DNA of 64,000 bases. Source: a bacterium (GTDB lineage Bacteria; Patescibacteriota; Saccharimonadia; Saccharimonadales; JAUPVS01). Shown piece after piece: positions 55,491 to 64,000 of the stretch (its first letter is position 1; each line of letters opens with the position of its first letter). The stretch covers positions 43,275 to 107,274 of the forward strand of contig JAKOXV010000024.1 of NCBI GenBank assembly GCA_029780855.1, given 5' to 3'. Both the position numbers and the translations under genes were made by a program. The notes under the pieces are model-generated. The model did no database searches and was not told the origin of the DNA. It saw only the letters and a program-made list of their open reading frames with translations.

Positions 55491-56078
55491 CTAGATTCCG
55501 ATAAAATGCTGCACAACAATAATTTCATGTCCTTCATTTAAAAAATTACCACTTTCACACACAGCAAAACCCTCATTCGTGTATGTGTCATCTAGTATAT
55601 TATCTCTATGGGTTGTACTTTTCATCCAACCATCAATTACTGACTTTGAGTCTTTAAAACCGTAAGCTAAGTTTTCGCCAGCTTTTTTATACTTAATCCC
55701 CGCTTTCTGAATAAACGTCCACGGCAGCATACCGTCAGGTGTATTGTGTGACCAATAGTTTCTGCTGACCATATCTCTACATTTTTCCAATGCCGAGTTA
55801 TTGAGTCGTACATCTAGTACTAAATCTTGTAAACCATCATCTTCCCTGGCCTTATTCGCATACTGCCAGAGTTCATATATATCAATATTTCCAAATTCAG
55901 CTTTGCTTGACGCTAGCTTTATCGTACTTTGACCTGAAGGACGATCGGTAACCACGGTCGAACCCGTTGCCTTAATAAACAACCAAATGGCAAGCCATCC
56001 CAAGACTACTAACAACGTGTAAGCTGAAACGATGACAAGCAAAACTTTGCCTATTTGTTTCGCTCTGTGTCTTTTCAT
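55491..56078 (-). CDS. CAP/SCP/PR1-like (YkwD-type) secreted protein
   Basis: N-terminal TM/signal, then NYWSHNTPDG...GENLAYG...W..S..H..N motifs of the CAP domain. Confidence 0.8.
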   Translation of the reverse strand: MKRHRAKQIGKVLLVIVSAYTLLVVLGWLAIWLFIKATGSTVVTDRPSGQSTIKLASSKAEFGNIDIYELWQYANKAREDDGLQDLVLDVRLNNSALEKCRDMVSRNYWSHNTPDGMLPWTFIQKAGIKYKKAGENLAYGFKDSKSVIDGWMKSTTHRDNILDDTYTNEGFAVCESGNFLNEGHEIIVVQHFIGI

Positions 56079-56297
56079 CTACACCAATTCTAGCACTAAG
56101 CTAGTGACTAAACCCACATGAATGATGGAGTGTACGAAAGCGTATGTCTATGACGCTAGGAGCATCCTGCCGCTTAGCAATGAACGCCCAATAACTGTAA
56201 GCCGGCTGCCATTTCTTTGCATACTTTCTTGTTGACACAAGAAAGTATGGCGGAAGCGAGCGTAGCGCGCGGAGAATTTAAAAGTTGTGCTTCTGTT

Positions 56298-57047
56298 TTA
56301 GTTTTTCGTTGTTGTTTTAGTCCTCTCAAGTTTTGTAAGAATCCATTCGATTACAGGTTCTTGATTTGTACTGTAAACGGAGATTAATTTTTCTAAAATC
56401 AAGTTCGTGTCCTCGCAGATCCTATCCCAGGCTTTGGTCTGCGTGGTGGATAGATGAATCTTGAGCCCTGAGTAAGCAGCGTCATTCGTAGCGTAGTTAT
56501 GCGCCATGCTATTCCTGAATACTCTAAGACTATTAAGCTTTTTCCTATCATTTGAATCAATAAGACCGTACTTCTTAAGTAGGTTTATTTTCTCAAGAAC
56601 TTCCATTCTACGGATTAGATCCAAGATTTTTTTGATATCTACTCCAATACTATACGTCCCACAATCTACAAGTAACAGATGGTTAGCAATGAATTCGAGT
56701 TGGAGGAAGGAATCAAGAAAAGAACCCCGTAAGTGCGTCGGTGTTATCCCTTTTTGTAAAGTCCTTACTTCACCAAAATTAGCGGCAGCATTACCTTCAC
56801 CGTCGTCCCAAAAAAGCAACTTTTTTGGACTAACAATTAAGAATGGCTGGTCGATATCCGTCTTTTTGCCGAAAGTTCCTGCACCTATCCAATAATGTAA
56901 TATTTTCTGTATCCTTTCGTCGTCAGTAAACTTTGACCACTCTGCCCATAATTTTTTTTCAATATTTGCTCGTTCTTCCGCATTAAGCTTATCAATATGC
57001 TTACCATCGCCCTCGCTGGGAACTAATGGCCTATCATCATTGCTCAT
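56298..57047 (-). CDS. HEPN-domain (Abi-like) protein
   Basis: LNSLRVFRNSMAHNY contains the HEPN Rx4-6H motif in an Abi_2-like context (R.RN..AH). The gene is markedly AT-rich compared with its neighbours. Confidence 0.6.
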   Translation of the reverse strand: MSNDDRPLVPSEGDGKHIDKLNAEERANIEKKLWAEWSKFTDDERIQKILHYWIGAGTFGKKTDIDQPFLIVSPKKLLFWDDGEGNAAANFGEVRTLQKGITPTHLRGSFLDSFLQLEFIANHLLLVDCGTYSIGVDIKKILDLIRRMEVLEKINLLKKYGLIDSNDRKKLNSLRVFRNSMAHNYATNDAAYSGLKIHLSTTQTKAWDRICEDTNLILEKLISVYSTNQEPVIEWILTKLERTKTTTKN

Positions 57048-57059
57048 AAGAATTTTGCG

Positions 57060-58367
57060 CTACCTATACTGTCCTGGAAGCTCGATAATATTAACCCGCT
57101 TCTGTTCAGTGGTATCCCTATCCCTCACCGTCACCGTGTCATCTTCTAGTGTTTGAAAGTCAATCACCACGCATTCGGGCGTACCGATCTCGTCCTGTCG
57201 ACGATAGCGTTTACCAATGTTTCCGTTGTCATCCCACATAACTGCCCCATGCTGTTTCTTAAGCATGTCATATACTTCACGAGCTTTTGTAACCAACTCC
57301 GGCTTGTTTTTTAGCAGCGGCGAAACGGCAATTTTAACTGGTGCTAGATGCGCAGGAAGCTTCAAGTACGTGCGCTTTTCGCCATTCACTTCATCTTCTG
57401 TGTAAGCACTTACCAGCACGGCCATGATGGCCCGCTCTACACCAAAACTAGGCTCTATCACATGCGGCACAAACTTAGTGCTTGTACCCTTAACGGTGTA
57501 CTCCATGCTCTTACCAGAGGCATTTTGTATATTCATGAGATCAAAGTCGGTACGGTACGCCAGGCCCAAAAGTTCATCGCGCTTGTGTGGAAAATCAAAC
57601 TCAAAATCTATGGTTCGCTTTGAATAGTGCGCGAGGTCATCTTTGGGGACTTCAAGCTTGTGGACCGAACTTTCTGGCAGACCGAGATCACTCAAGAACT
57701 TCTCAATATCTTTGACCCATGCATCAAACAGCTTTTCCCAATCTTTTGGATCAATGAAATATTCGATTTCCATCTGTTCAAACTCACGAGACCGGAACAC
57801 AAAATCTCGCGGGCTAATCTCGTTACGAAAAGCCTTACCTTGCTGGGCTATACCAAACGGCAGATCCGGGTAAAAACTATCCACGACGTTTTTGTAATTA
57901 GTAAAAATACCTTGGGCAGTTTCTGGGCGTAGGTAACTAATGCTATTTTCATCCGCAACTGACCCAACATTCGTCTGGAACATCATGTTGAATTGCTTCG
58001 CTTCACTGAACGTGCCGGTTTTACCACAGGTTGGGCACTTATCGCCTTCCAGATGATCAGCACGGAAGCGCGAATGACAGTTACTACACTCTACGAGTGG
58101 ATCAGTAAACGTGGCGGTATGACCACTGGCTTGCCACACCTTCTGGTCCATAAGGATAGCTGCATCCACACCGTACATATCTTCTCTATCTTCTACGAAT
58201 GTCTTCCACCACAGATCCATGATGTTGCGTTTTAGGGCAACACCCAATGGACCAAAATCCCACGTACCGGCTAGACCTCCGTATATTTCAGAACCCTGAA
58301 ATATAAAACCGCGCCGTTTACACAAGGAAACGATATCTTCCATACTAACTAGCTTTTTGTTGCTCAT
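57060..58367 (-). CDS. glyQS: glycine--tRNA ligase (class II, homodimeric GlyQS type)
   Basis: 435 aa. RRGFIFQGSEIYGGLAGTWDFGPLG, GLRPETAQG-like RPETAQGIF, and a C-terminal anticodon-binding domain. Confidence 0.95.
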   Translation of the reverse strand: MSNKKLVSMEDIVSLCKRRGFIFQGSEIYGGLAGTWDFGPLGVALKRNIMDLWWKTFVEDREDMYGVDAAILMDQKVWQASGHTATFTDPLVECSNCHSRFRADHLEGDKCPTCGKTGTFSEAKQFNMMFQTNVGSVADENSISYLRPETAQGIFTNYKNVVDSFYPDLPFGIAQQGKAFRNEISPRDFVFRSREFEQMEIEYFIDPKDWEKLFDAWVKDIEKFLSDLGLPESSVHKLEVPKDDLAHYSKRTIDFEFDFPHKRDELLGLAYRTDFDLMNIQNASGKSMEYTVKGTSTKFVPHVIEPSFGVERAIMAVLVSAYTEDEVNGEKRTYLKLPAHLAPVKIAVSPLLKNKPELVTKAREVYDMLKKQHGAVMWDDNGNIGKRYRRQDEIGTPECVVIDFQTLEDDTVTVRDRDTTEQKRVNIIELPGQYR

Positions 58368-58473
58368 TAATCCGTATTATAACAGATGTAGAAAAATCCA
58401 AAACCTGCGTATTTCCTGTAAAGCAGCGCAATACGCTCATGCTATAATGCTAAAAATTGGAAATGGAGATACA

Positions 58474-59077
58474 ATGTACGACGACACAACACCACCAACA
58501 CTATCTCAAATGCCCCAAGCACCTGTAAGTCCTCCGCCAACTGAATAACCATTACAAACGCCGCCAGCCCCATCACCACAAGCTCCCCAATAACCAACAG
58601 CACCCCAAGATCCAGGTAAAACACTAGCTATCGTAGGACTGGTATTTGCATGCTTTATGCCGCTTGTTGGTCTGATCCTCAGCATTATTGGTAAATCAAA
58701 GAGCAAAAAAGCCGGAATACAAAACGGATTGGCTACGATTGGAATCATACTAAACGCCGTATTTTGGTGATTGGCACCCTTATTTTCGTAACGTTAGTGC
58801 ATGCAACAATGACTGGGGTTCAAACAAAAGTAAAAGATCAGGAAGTCCAAGTTGATCTTAGCTACGTAAAATCTCAGTTGGCTCACAACTATGACAGCAA
58901 TGGTATTATGTATCCTCACTCGATCAATTAAGCGGCATTGATCCTCAGGCAGTCATTCCACCAAAAGGATACAACTATACGTACACCCCAGAACCAACTG
59001 GCTGTACACAATGGCAAACCTATACGCTTTCTAGTACGCTCTTTGAAGGTACTGGGTACATGAAACGCCCCGGCTAG
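58474..59077 (+). pseudogene. decayed DUF4190-like / type IV pilin-like gene
   Basis: The reading frame from ATG 58474 is interrupted by in-frame TAA at 58546 and about 58588. The DUF4190-like segment LAIVGLVFACFMPLVGLILSIIGKSKSKKAG continues after a frameshift near 58765 into a pilin-like segment (TLIFVTLV...DLSYVKSQLAHNYDSNG) and, after another shift, to ...GYNYTYTPEPTGC... Confidence 0.6.
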
Positions 59078-59087
59078 AATCTATAGA

Positions 59088-59639
59088 CTAATGTATCGGG
59101 TCCGCATGACGAACCGCTAAACGCACACCGACAATAAAGAGTTCTGCTTCTATTTGCCCTGCTTCTGCAACTGGCGTAATGGTGTTTCCGCGTAAACCAC
59201 ATAGATATTCAGGGGATTCAATGTCAGGATGAGGTAAATATGCGGTAAAACCGGTGTAGGATGGAGAAACGGTGTAGTTTGGATAATCCCGACTCCTTAT
59301 TAAACCGAACAGCGCGACTTCATCAGTACTAACCTGAAGGTTATCAACCGTAAAGGCAATTGCGTGATTTTCTGCTGCTATTTCAATACGCGCTGGTATA
59401 GTTTTGCAAAGCGACACCCGTGCCATATCTGAAAAGCCCAGGACGATCCCCCGTTCAACAACCGGAACAAATGTCCGCGCTTGAAACTGGCTGGTTTCTG
59501 GGTCATGATTTTTGACAAACTTAAGCAAACGATCGTAATCACGCTCTTCAGAGCTGCGCAAATGAATGCGCTTACGTAAGTAACCACCAAACGACTCACC
59601 ACTTGCCATAGTTTGCTCATAATACTCCTTGTTTGTCAA
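59088..59639 (-). CDS. hypothetical protein
   Basis: 183-aa ORF. No family recognised. Confidence 0.55.
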   Translation of the reverse strand: MTNKEYYEQTMASGESFGGYLRKRIHLRSSEERDYDRLLKFVKNHDPETSQFQARTFVPVVERGIVLGFSDMARVSLCKTIPARIEIAAENHAIAFTVDNLQVSTDEVALFGLIRSRDYPNYTVSPSYTGFTAYLPHPDIESPEYLCGLRGNTITPVAEAGQIEAELFIVGVRLAVRHADPIH

Positions 59640-59649
59640 AAATAGAAGA

Positions 59650-60858
59650 CTATGTAGTGAGCGCTCTAGGGTCCGTCACATTTTTAGAGGTGAAAAAGAT
59701 ACTGCCAAACATCATTATCAATGATGTAGTTATGATGACAAAGAAGATTATGCCGTCATTAAATTGAGTAAGCTGGAGACCTTGCGGAATCTTATAGAAC
59801 AGCAGGATCGTCACCAACCCGCGCGGAGCATAGAACAACTCGGGTACGACGTGCTTCTCAACAAACAAACGCAGATACGCATAACGAACCACATATAAGA
59901 TCAGTACAATTATGCATCCCACCACTAGGACATTACGATTCAACGCACCGCTAAGATCTATGGTGTATCCGAACAGTATAAAAAAGAACGTCCTAACCAT
60001 AAAAGACGATTCTCGGGTGAGCGATTTGAGCGGTTCTACAATTTCCCCTAGCCCCCTGTTAGGTGCCCAAGTCCGTGCATGCTCACCCGGTACTTTACGC
60101 CAATTATTTATCAGCAGACCAAATATTAGCAGAATAAGCAACGATGGTAGATGTAGCAGCTGGCCTGCCGAATACAGAATCAGCAGCGTGGCAAACATCA
60201 GAAAGAACTTTATGTTTACCCGACTATGCGTCAACACCCAAAGCAAGAGCAGCGACATGACAACCGAAAGAATAATGGCTACAAGTATACCGCCCGCCAA
60301 TAACCCCAGTGATTGAAGGGTAAAAATTCCCTTAGCAATAAAGTAGTCAAAGAGTAAGATGCCCAAGATATCGGAAAAGGACGATTCGTATGTCAAAAAC
60401 TCCCGCTTTTCTTCTTTTAGTATGCGGCTGCTTGGAATTACCACCGCACTGCTTACCACTGAAAGCGGAATGGCGTAGACAATACTTTTGAGCCAAGACT
60501 CGCCCAGGCGAGCATGCAGAACCAGCGCTATGCCCACACTGGACAGTAGCAACACAAACAACGAGGAAAGCAGCGCGCTGCGGATCAAACCAATTTTTTT
60601 ACGGGAAAATCGGAGGTCTAGCCCCGCTTCTAACACGATCATGATTAATCCAACAACACCTAGTAGCTCTATCACTACAGCAGGAATATCGATTGCCACG
60701 CCAAAGTATTTTAGGACACTGTGCAGCACCACGCCGGTCAGGATCAGTAGTAAGGCCGTAGGTACTTTAATGCGATGACTAAATGCTGAAAACACATATG
60801 AAATCAGGATGAGGCCGCAAAGTGCCATAATCGGCAAATACAGATTTGCTTCATGCAT
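59650..60858 (-). CDS. cation:proton antiporter (Na+/H+ exchanger family)
   Basis: 402 aa with about 11 TM helices. Sequence style matches CPA1/CPA2 transporters. Confidence 0.7.
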   Translation of the reverse strand: MHEANLYLPIMALCGLILISYVFSAFSHRIKVPTALLLILTGVVLHSVLKYFGVAIDIPAVVIELLGVVGLIMIVLEAGLDLRFSRKKIGLIRSALLSSLFVLLLSSVGIALVLHARLGESWLKSIVYAIPLSVVSSAVVIPSSRILKEEKREFLTYESSFSDILGILLFDYFIAKGIFTLQSLGLLAGGILVAIILSVVMSLLLLWVLTHSRVNIKFFLMFATLLILYSAGQLLHLPSLLILLIFGLLINNWRKVPGEHARTWAPNRGLGEIVEPLKSLTRESSFMVRTFFFILFGYTIDLSGALNRNVLVVGCIIVLILYVVRYAYLRLFVEKHVVPELFYAPRGLVTILLFYKIPQGLQLTQFNDGIIFFVIITTSLIMMFGSIFFTSKNVTDPRALTT

Positions 60859-60884
60859 ATTGCTACCATTTTACCATTAGCGAG

Positions 60885-61571
60885 TTAACGAATATATTGC
60901 TTACGTATGGTGGACACCAGTTGAAAGCAAGGACCTAGCACTTTTTGCGCATCCTTAACCTGCGAGAGATGCGTCGGTTCGTCCAGCCCAAACACCAAAC
61001 GCAAATATTTTATATGTGCGGGTGTTAGCAGTCCCTGTTCGGTTTGCGCGAAGGCCATGGCCTCAAAATCAAACGTATAGAGCTTGTCCTCGACCAGGCG
61101 CTGCTTGGTTGTGTCAGTTTTGAGGTTTGGTTGGTGACCCGCCAACTTCAGCAGCTGGGCGTCATACCAAAGTTCCAAGACTGTTTCATTGAGGCCAGTA
61201 TTGAGAGCTTCAAACGCACTGACCAAAAGAGTGTAGTACTCTTCTCCTGGTTCGTCCTCCGTGGCCCGATGGATTCGTTTAAGCAGTTCGTATCCCAGCA
61301 TGGTACGGGTAAGATCATCTATAATTTTTCCCCAATGGGTTTCCAAGCGGCTGGATATGAGCGTATCAATATCCCCACGCCCCGGTATATAGCTCAGTTG
61401 GGAAATACTGAAAAGTTCTATTCCCCCGGCTAGCTTACTTTTTATTTTACGAACACCTTTTGCCATCAACCGAAGCTTGCCTCGATCAGGAGTAAGTACG
61501 GTCAAAATACGGTCGGCTTCGCCGTAATCGGTCCGGGTTAGCACTATTCCAGTTGTCGTTATGGAATTCAT
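60885..61571 (-). CDS. recO: DNA repair protein RecO
   Basis: TGIVLTRTDYGEADRILTVLTPDRGKLRLMAKGVRK is typical of the RecO OB-fold N-terminus. ATG 61571 overlaps the upstream TGA (ATGA). Confidence 0.88.
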   Translation of the reverse strand: MNSITTTGIVLTRTDYGEADRILTVLTPDRGKLRLMAKGVRKIKSKLAGGIELFSISQLSYIPGRGDIDTLISSRLETHWGKIIDDLTRTMLGYELLKRIHRATEDEPGEEYYTLLVSAFEALNTGLNETVLELWYDAQLLKLAGHQPNLKTDTTKQRLVEDKLYTFDFEAMAFAQTEQGLLTPAHIKYLRLVFGLDEPTHLSQVKDAQKVLGPCFQLVSTIRKQYIR

Positions 61572-61948
61572 GCCGTGGTGAGTAGCGCTCTGTTTACGGT
61601 TTGGTTTAGGTACGCAAGCGTAGTTTGGGGTTTGTATAAATGACCAACGATACCAAAATGATGCCAAAATGTATCAATCCCCGATTGCTTTTTAGGAAGC
61701 ATTGAGTGTAGTAGCACGGGTATGTGATCCCATTCCGGGTATGATCTGAGTTCATGCAAAAACTCCACCCCATTGTGTTCGGCTAGTTGTAGTTCAACAA
61801 TAATCAGATCAATCGTATGTTCATCCATTGCATGTATGGCGGTTTCTGACTTTTGACACCAGTGCACGATATGCCCATCAGCTTCTAATCCACTTACATA
61901 GCTACGAGCTAGTATTTTGTCGGGTTCTATAAGTAAAACTTGCGCCAT
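61568..61948 (-). CDS. receiver-domain protein with Glu at the phospho-acceptor position
   Basis: Receiver fold markers are LLIEPD (beta1), IPVLLHS (beta4) and LYKP (beta5). Beta3 reads DLIIVELQL where DLxxxDxxM is expected. Confidence 0.8.
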   Translation of the reverse strand: MAQVLLIEPDKILARSYVSGLEADGHIVHWCQKSETAIHAMDEHTIDLIIVELQLAEHNGVEFLHELRSYPEWDHIPVLLHSMLPKKQSGIDTFWHHFGIVGHLYKPQTTLAYLNQTVNRALLTTA

Positions 61949-61949
61949 A

Positions 61950-62651
61950 CTACACCAGCGCTAGTTGGTAGCTGGGATGCAAAGTAGCCGCCAAGCCAGT
62001 TAATTTATGATGCCTCGCAACCCGTAAACGAGATTCCATGGAAGTAAACAGCGAATCAGCGATAAACACTCCCGCACCGGCATGTGCGGTTACGTTCCTG
62101 AGCGGTTGCCTGGCCTGACCATACAGAGCCTTTCCCTGCCGAAAAACTGATTGACTAAGGGTGTTATTGTGGCAAAACACGCCCGTTACCACTCCACCCC
62201 TGCTCTTGTGCGCTGCTAGTACATAACGCTTGCAATCTTCGCCCGAATCAGCAGTAATCAACGTCGTCGCCAGACCAACGATAGCAGTCCGTAGGGCTTC
62301 TTGGTGTGCCATGACCGGCCCGTATTTCCCACTGAGACGTACTTCGATTTCACTGTCGTACTGCTTGGCCAGTTTATCTAGCATATGAGCACTATCATTG
62401 AGTGCCGCTGACACGGTTACTGGCTCCAAGATAAGCGACTGCTGCTGGCTTAATTGGTGGCTTAACAAAAAACTGTCTACGAACCACATAGCCCGTGAAG
62501 CCGCCGTTTCAATACTACCTAGCAGTGCTTTGTCAGGGGTAGCTTGCAGCAATTCGGCTTGCCGGGCAATTTGCAGCAACGGTAGTTTTAGTTCTTCTGC
62601 CATTGCTTGCAGGAGTCGCGCGTTCTTATCTGCCTTCAGTTGTGCCGGCAT
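61950..62651 (-). CDS. soluble histidine-kinase-like protein lacking the phospho-accepting His
   Basis: DHp-like AMAEELKLPLLQI aligns with the xSHELRTPL H-box, with His replaced by Glu. The ATPase N/G1 boxes are degenerate and a G2-like GAGVFIADSL remains. No TM or sensor domain. Confidence 0.7.
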   Translation of the reverse strand: MPAQLKADKNARLLQAMAEELKLPLLQIARQAELLQATPDKALLGSIETAASRAMWFVDSFLLSHQLSQQQSLILEPVTVSAALNDSAHMLDKLAKQYDSEIEVRLSGKYGPVMAHQEALRTAIVGLATTLITADSGEDCKRYVLAAHKSRGGVVTGVFCHNNTLSQSVFRQGKALYGQARQPLRNVTAHAGAGVFIADSLFTSMESRLRVARHHKLTGLAATLHPSYQLALV

Positions 62652-62806
62652 ATACCCTCTACCTACCCCGTTAGTTTCTACGTGTAATTATACAATAATT
62701 TTGTTCAACAAATTTGCATTTTTGTCGTAATATTTATAAACAATAGCGTTACTGCATCAGTATGGGATATCCGCGTGGAAACGTTTTATCTTGATCGGCG
62801 AACTTT

Positions 62807-63469
62807 TTATGGCTCAAAGGTGAAGTTTGGCAGAATATTGTTATTGAAATCGTTCAAAAATTCGCTTGATTCGGTCCAGATTTTTAGGGTTTTATCACGC
62901 ATTGGCAGAATTACCATGTAACCCTGTTTCCGTGGAGCAACCTCGCCTTCCAAACGCATTCCGGTGACTGATTGTACCTTTGGAGGGACGTATGGAGCGG
63001 CCTTAATTTTACCTATCTTAATCTGTGATTCATAGCTTTTTAGAGCAGTCGTGTAGTCGCTCCCCAGCACTTGCACACGGAGCGCGAATGAAGTCTTAGA
63101 GGTAGTCCCCGGTACAAACACCGGATGGAAGTAGCCATCTATCGGCGTACTGCCACGATCTTGCTCGTTTACGTAGGCTCCCCAGGTCTTCGGATACTTA
63201 ATAACAACACTGCCAAAAGCGGCCGGTCCGTCATACTCTTTTAGCGGTAGTTTTTCTTTCTCGGCAAACTCGTTATCTTTGGCGGTGGAAGTTTGCTTTT
63301 TTGCCACTTCCACTGCAGCCGCCACCTTTTGATCGGTATTGTACTTATAATCTTGACGACTCATGTAAGCCCATACTGCAAAGCTCCCTGCAGCTACCAG
63401 CAAAATAGTTACCACAATCAGGGGAATCAGGAAAACGTCTAACGCTCCTGTGGCATTGAGCTTCTTCAT
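62807..63469 (-). CDS. hypothetical membrane-anchored protein
   Basis: 220 aa with one N-terminal TM helix. No family recognised. Confidence 0.6.
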   Translation of the reverse strand: MKKLNATGALDVFLIPLIVVTILLVAAGSFAVWAYMSRQDYKYNTDQKVAAAVEVAKKQTSTAKDNEFAEKEKLPLKEYDGPAAFGSVVIKYPKTWGAYVNEQDRGSTPIDGYFHPVFVPGTTSKTSFALRVQVLGSDYTTALKSYESQIKIGKIKAAPYVPPKVQSVTGMRLEGEVAPRKQGYMVILPMRDKTLKIWTESSEFLNDFNNNILPNFTFEP

Positions 63470-63511
63470 ACCGTTAATGGTAATGGAATTCGCCTATGCA
63501 AGCAATAGGCA

Positions 63512-64000
63512 TCAGTACTGGTACAGATACAGGCCTTTTTTAGTTTTGGTTGGCTTTTTATCTTTTATGGTAAATGCGAAGCTTACTAATTTGACCTTTT
63601 TACCTTTTTGTTCCTGGATAATCTTATTGTTCAATTTTTCCATATATTTATCAAGCAAAAACACAAAGATACCGTCCGCCGCCGGCCACTGTTTTTTCCA
63701 GAAGTCACCCCACACTACCGTGATCTGCTTGCGGTAGCGGATTGTTACAAACATCGAAACTATACACAGTAATGGATTTAGCTCGTAGCCCACTACATGT
63801 AGCCCTCGTTTGGCAGCTGCTAGCATGACACGCCCATCCCCACTACCTAGCTCTAGCAAGGTTTGACCAGGCTTTAGGTCAAGTAGATCAAGCGCATCAT
63901 CAGTTTGTTTCTTTAAGGTTGGCAGGTACGGTGCTCCGAATAAAATCACAAAGCCGAACATTAGCAGCACCACCACAAACACACCAAACAGCGCTTCGAT
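63512..64000 (-). CDS. class I SAM-dependent methyltransferase (5' end may lie beyond the window)
   Basis: Motif I LLELGSGDGRV. The frame stays open to the window edge, and an internal ATG at 63982 is a possible start. Confidence 0.65.
   Translation of the reverse strand: MEALFGVFVVVLLMFGFVILFGAPYLPTLKKQTDDALDLLDLKPGQTLLELGSGDGRVMLAAAKRGLHVVGYELNPLLCIVSMFVTIRYRKQITVVWGDFWKKQWPAADGIFVFLLDKYMEKLNNKIIQEQKGKKVKLVSFAFTIKDKKPTKTKKGLYLYQY

Noticed and set aside
58546-58590. In-frame TAA codons as evidence of an alternative genetic code or programmed read-through.
   Set aside because: All other genes in the window terminate normally at TAA, TAG or TGA, and TAA is used as a genuine stop (e.g. 6044-6046, 7584-7586). 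The same gene also carries frameshifts, so decay is the simpler explanation.
1-64000. Search for CRISPR arrays, IS elements, integrases, prophage structural genes and rRNA operons.
   Set aside because: None was seen. The only sizeable repeats are the 53-nt hammerhead repeats, the 53-nt Pro-rich coding repeats, the 21-nt terminator duplicate and the 20-nt mraZ-rsmH spacer repeat.

Overview
This 64-kb window is a gene-dense bacterial chromosome segment at roughly mid-40s %GC (a spot count in topA gave 24/60 GC). It carries a compact dcw cluster (mraZ-rsmH-ftsL-ftsI-mraY-ftsW-murG-ftsQ), der, pth, rlmH, dprA, topA, glyQS and recO. It also has two sensor kinase/receiver pairs, an orphan VirD4/TraG-like ATPase, a lone Pup-ligase-family gene, DUF5652/DUF3048-type proteins and many short hypothetical genes, with almost no biosynthetic genes. 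This content resembles a reduced-genome CPR/Patescibacteria organism, possibly Saccharibacteria-like; that is inference only. I found one tRNA-Glu(CUC) and no rRNA, CRISPR array, transposase or integrase.

The main result is that the native sequence is interrupted by sharply bounded GC-rich segments (spot counts 37/60 GC) at about 1-1925, 23560-24090, 24300-24760 and 27500-28550. Each carries a short ORF or a structured RNA and sits next to host-type AT-rich consensus promoters, on both sides of topA and downstream of the T4SS coupling-protein gene.

Two of these cassettes end in identical, fully canonical type III hammerhead ribozymes (24093-24143 and 24806-24856). These are 53-nt direct repeats 713 nt apart, bracketing a promoter plus a 65-codon ORF. 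Three cassettes have their ends joined by perfect 11-14 bp long-range complementarity. The position of these arms is conserved while their sequence is not.

Other candidates are a roughly 480-nt GC-rich structured RNA (28068-28550), a roughly 340-nt promoter-to-terminator RNA (22176-22516), a four-box MraZ operator, a kinase/receiver pair with both phospho-sites replaced by Glu, a HEPN/Abi-like gene in an AT-rich islet, and a decayed DUF4190/pilin-like pseudogene.
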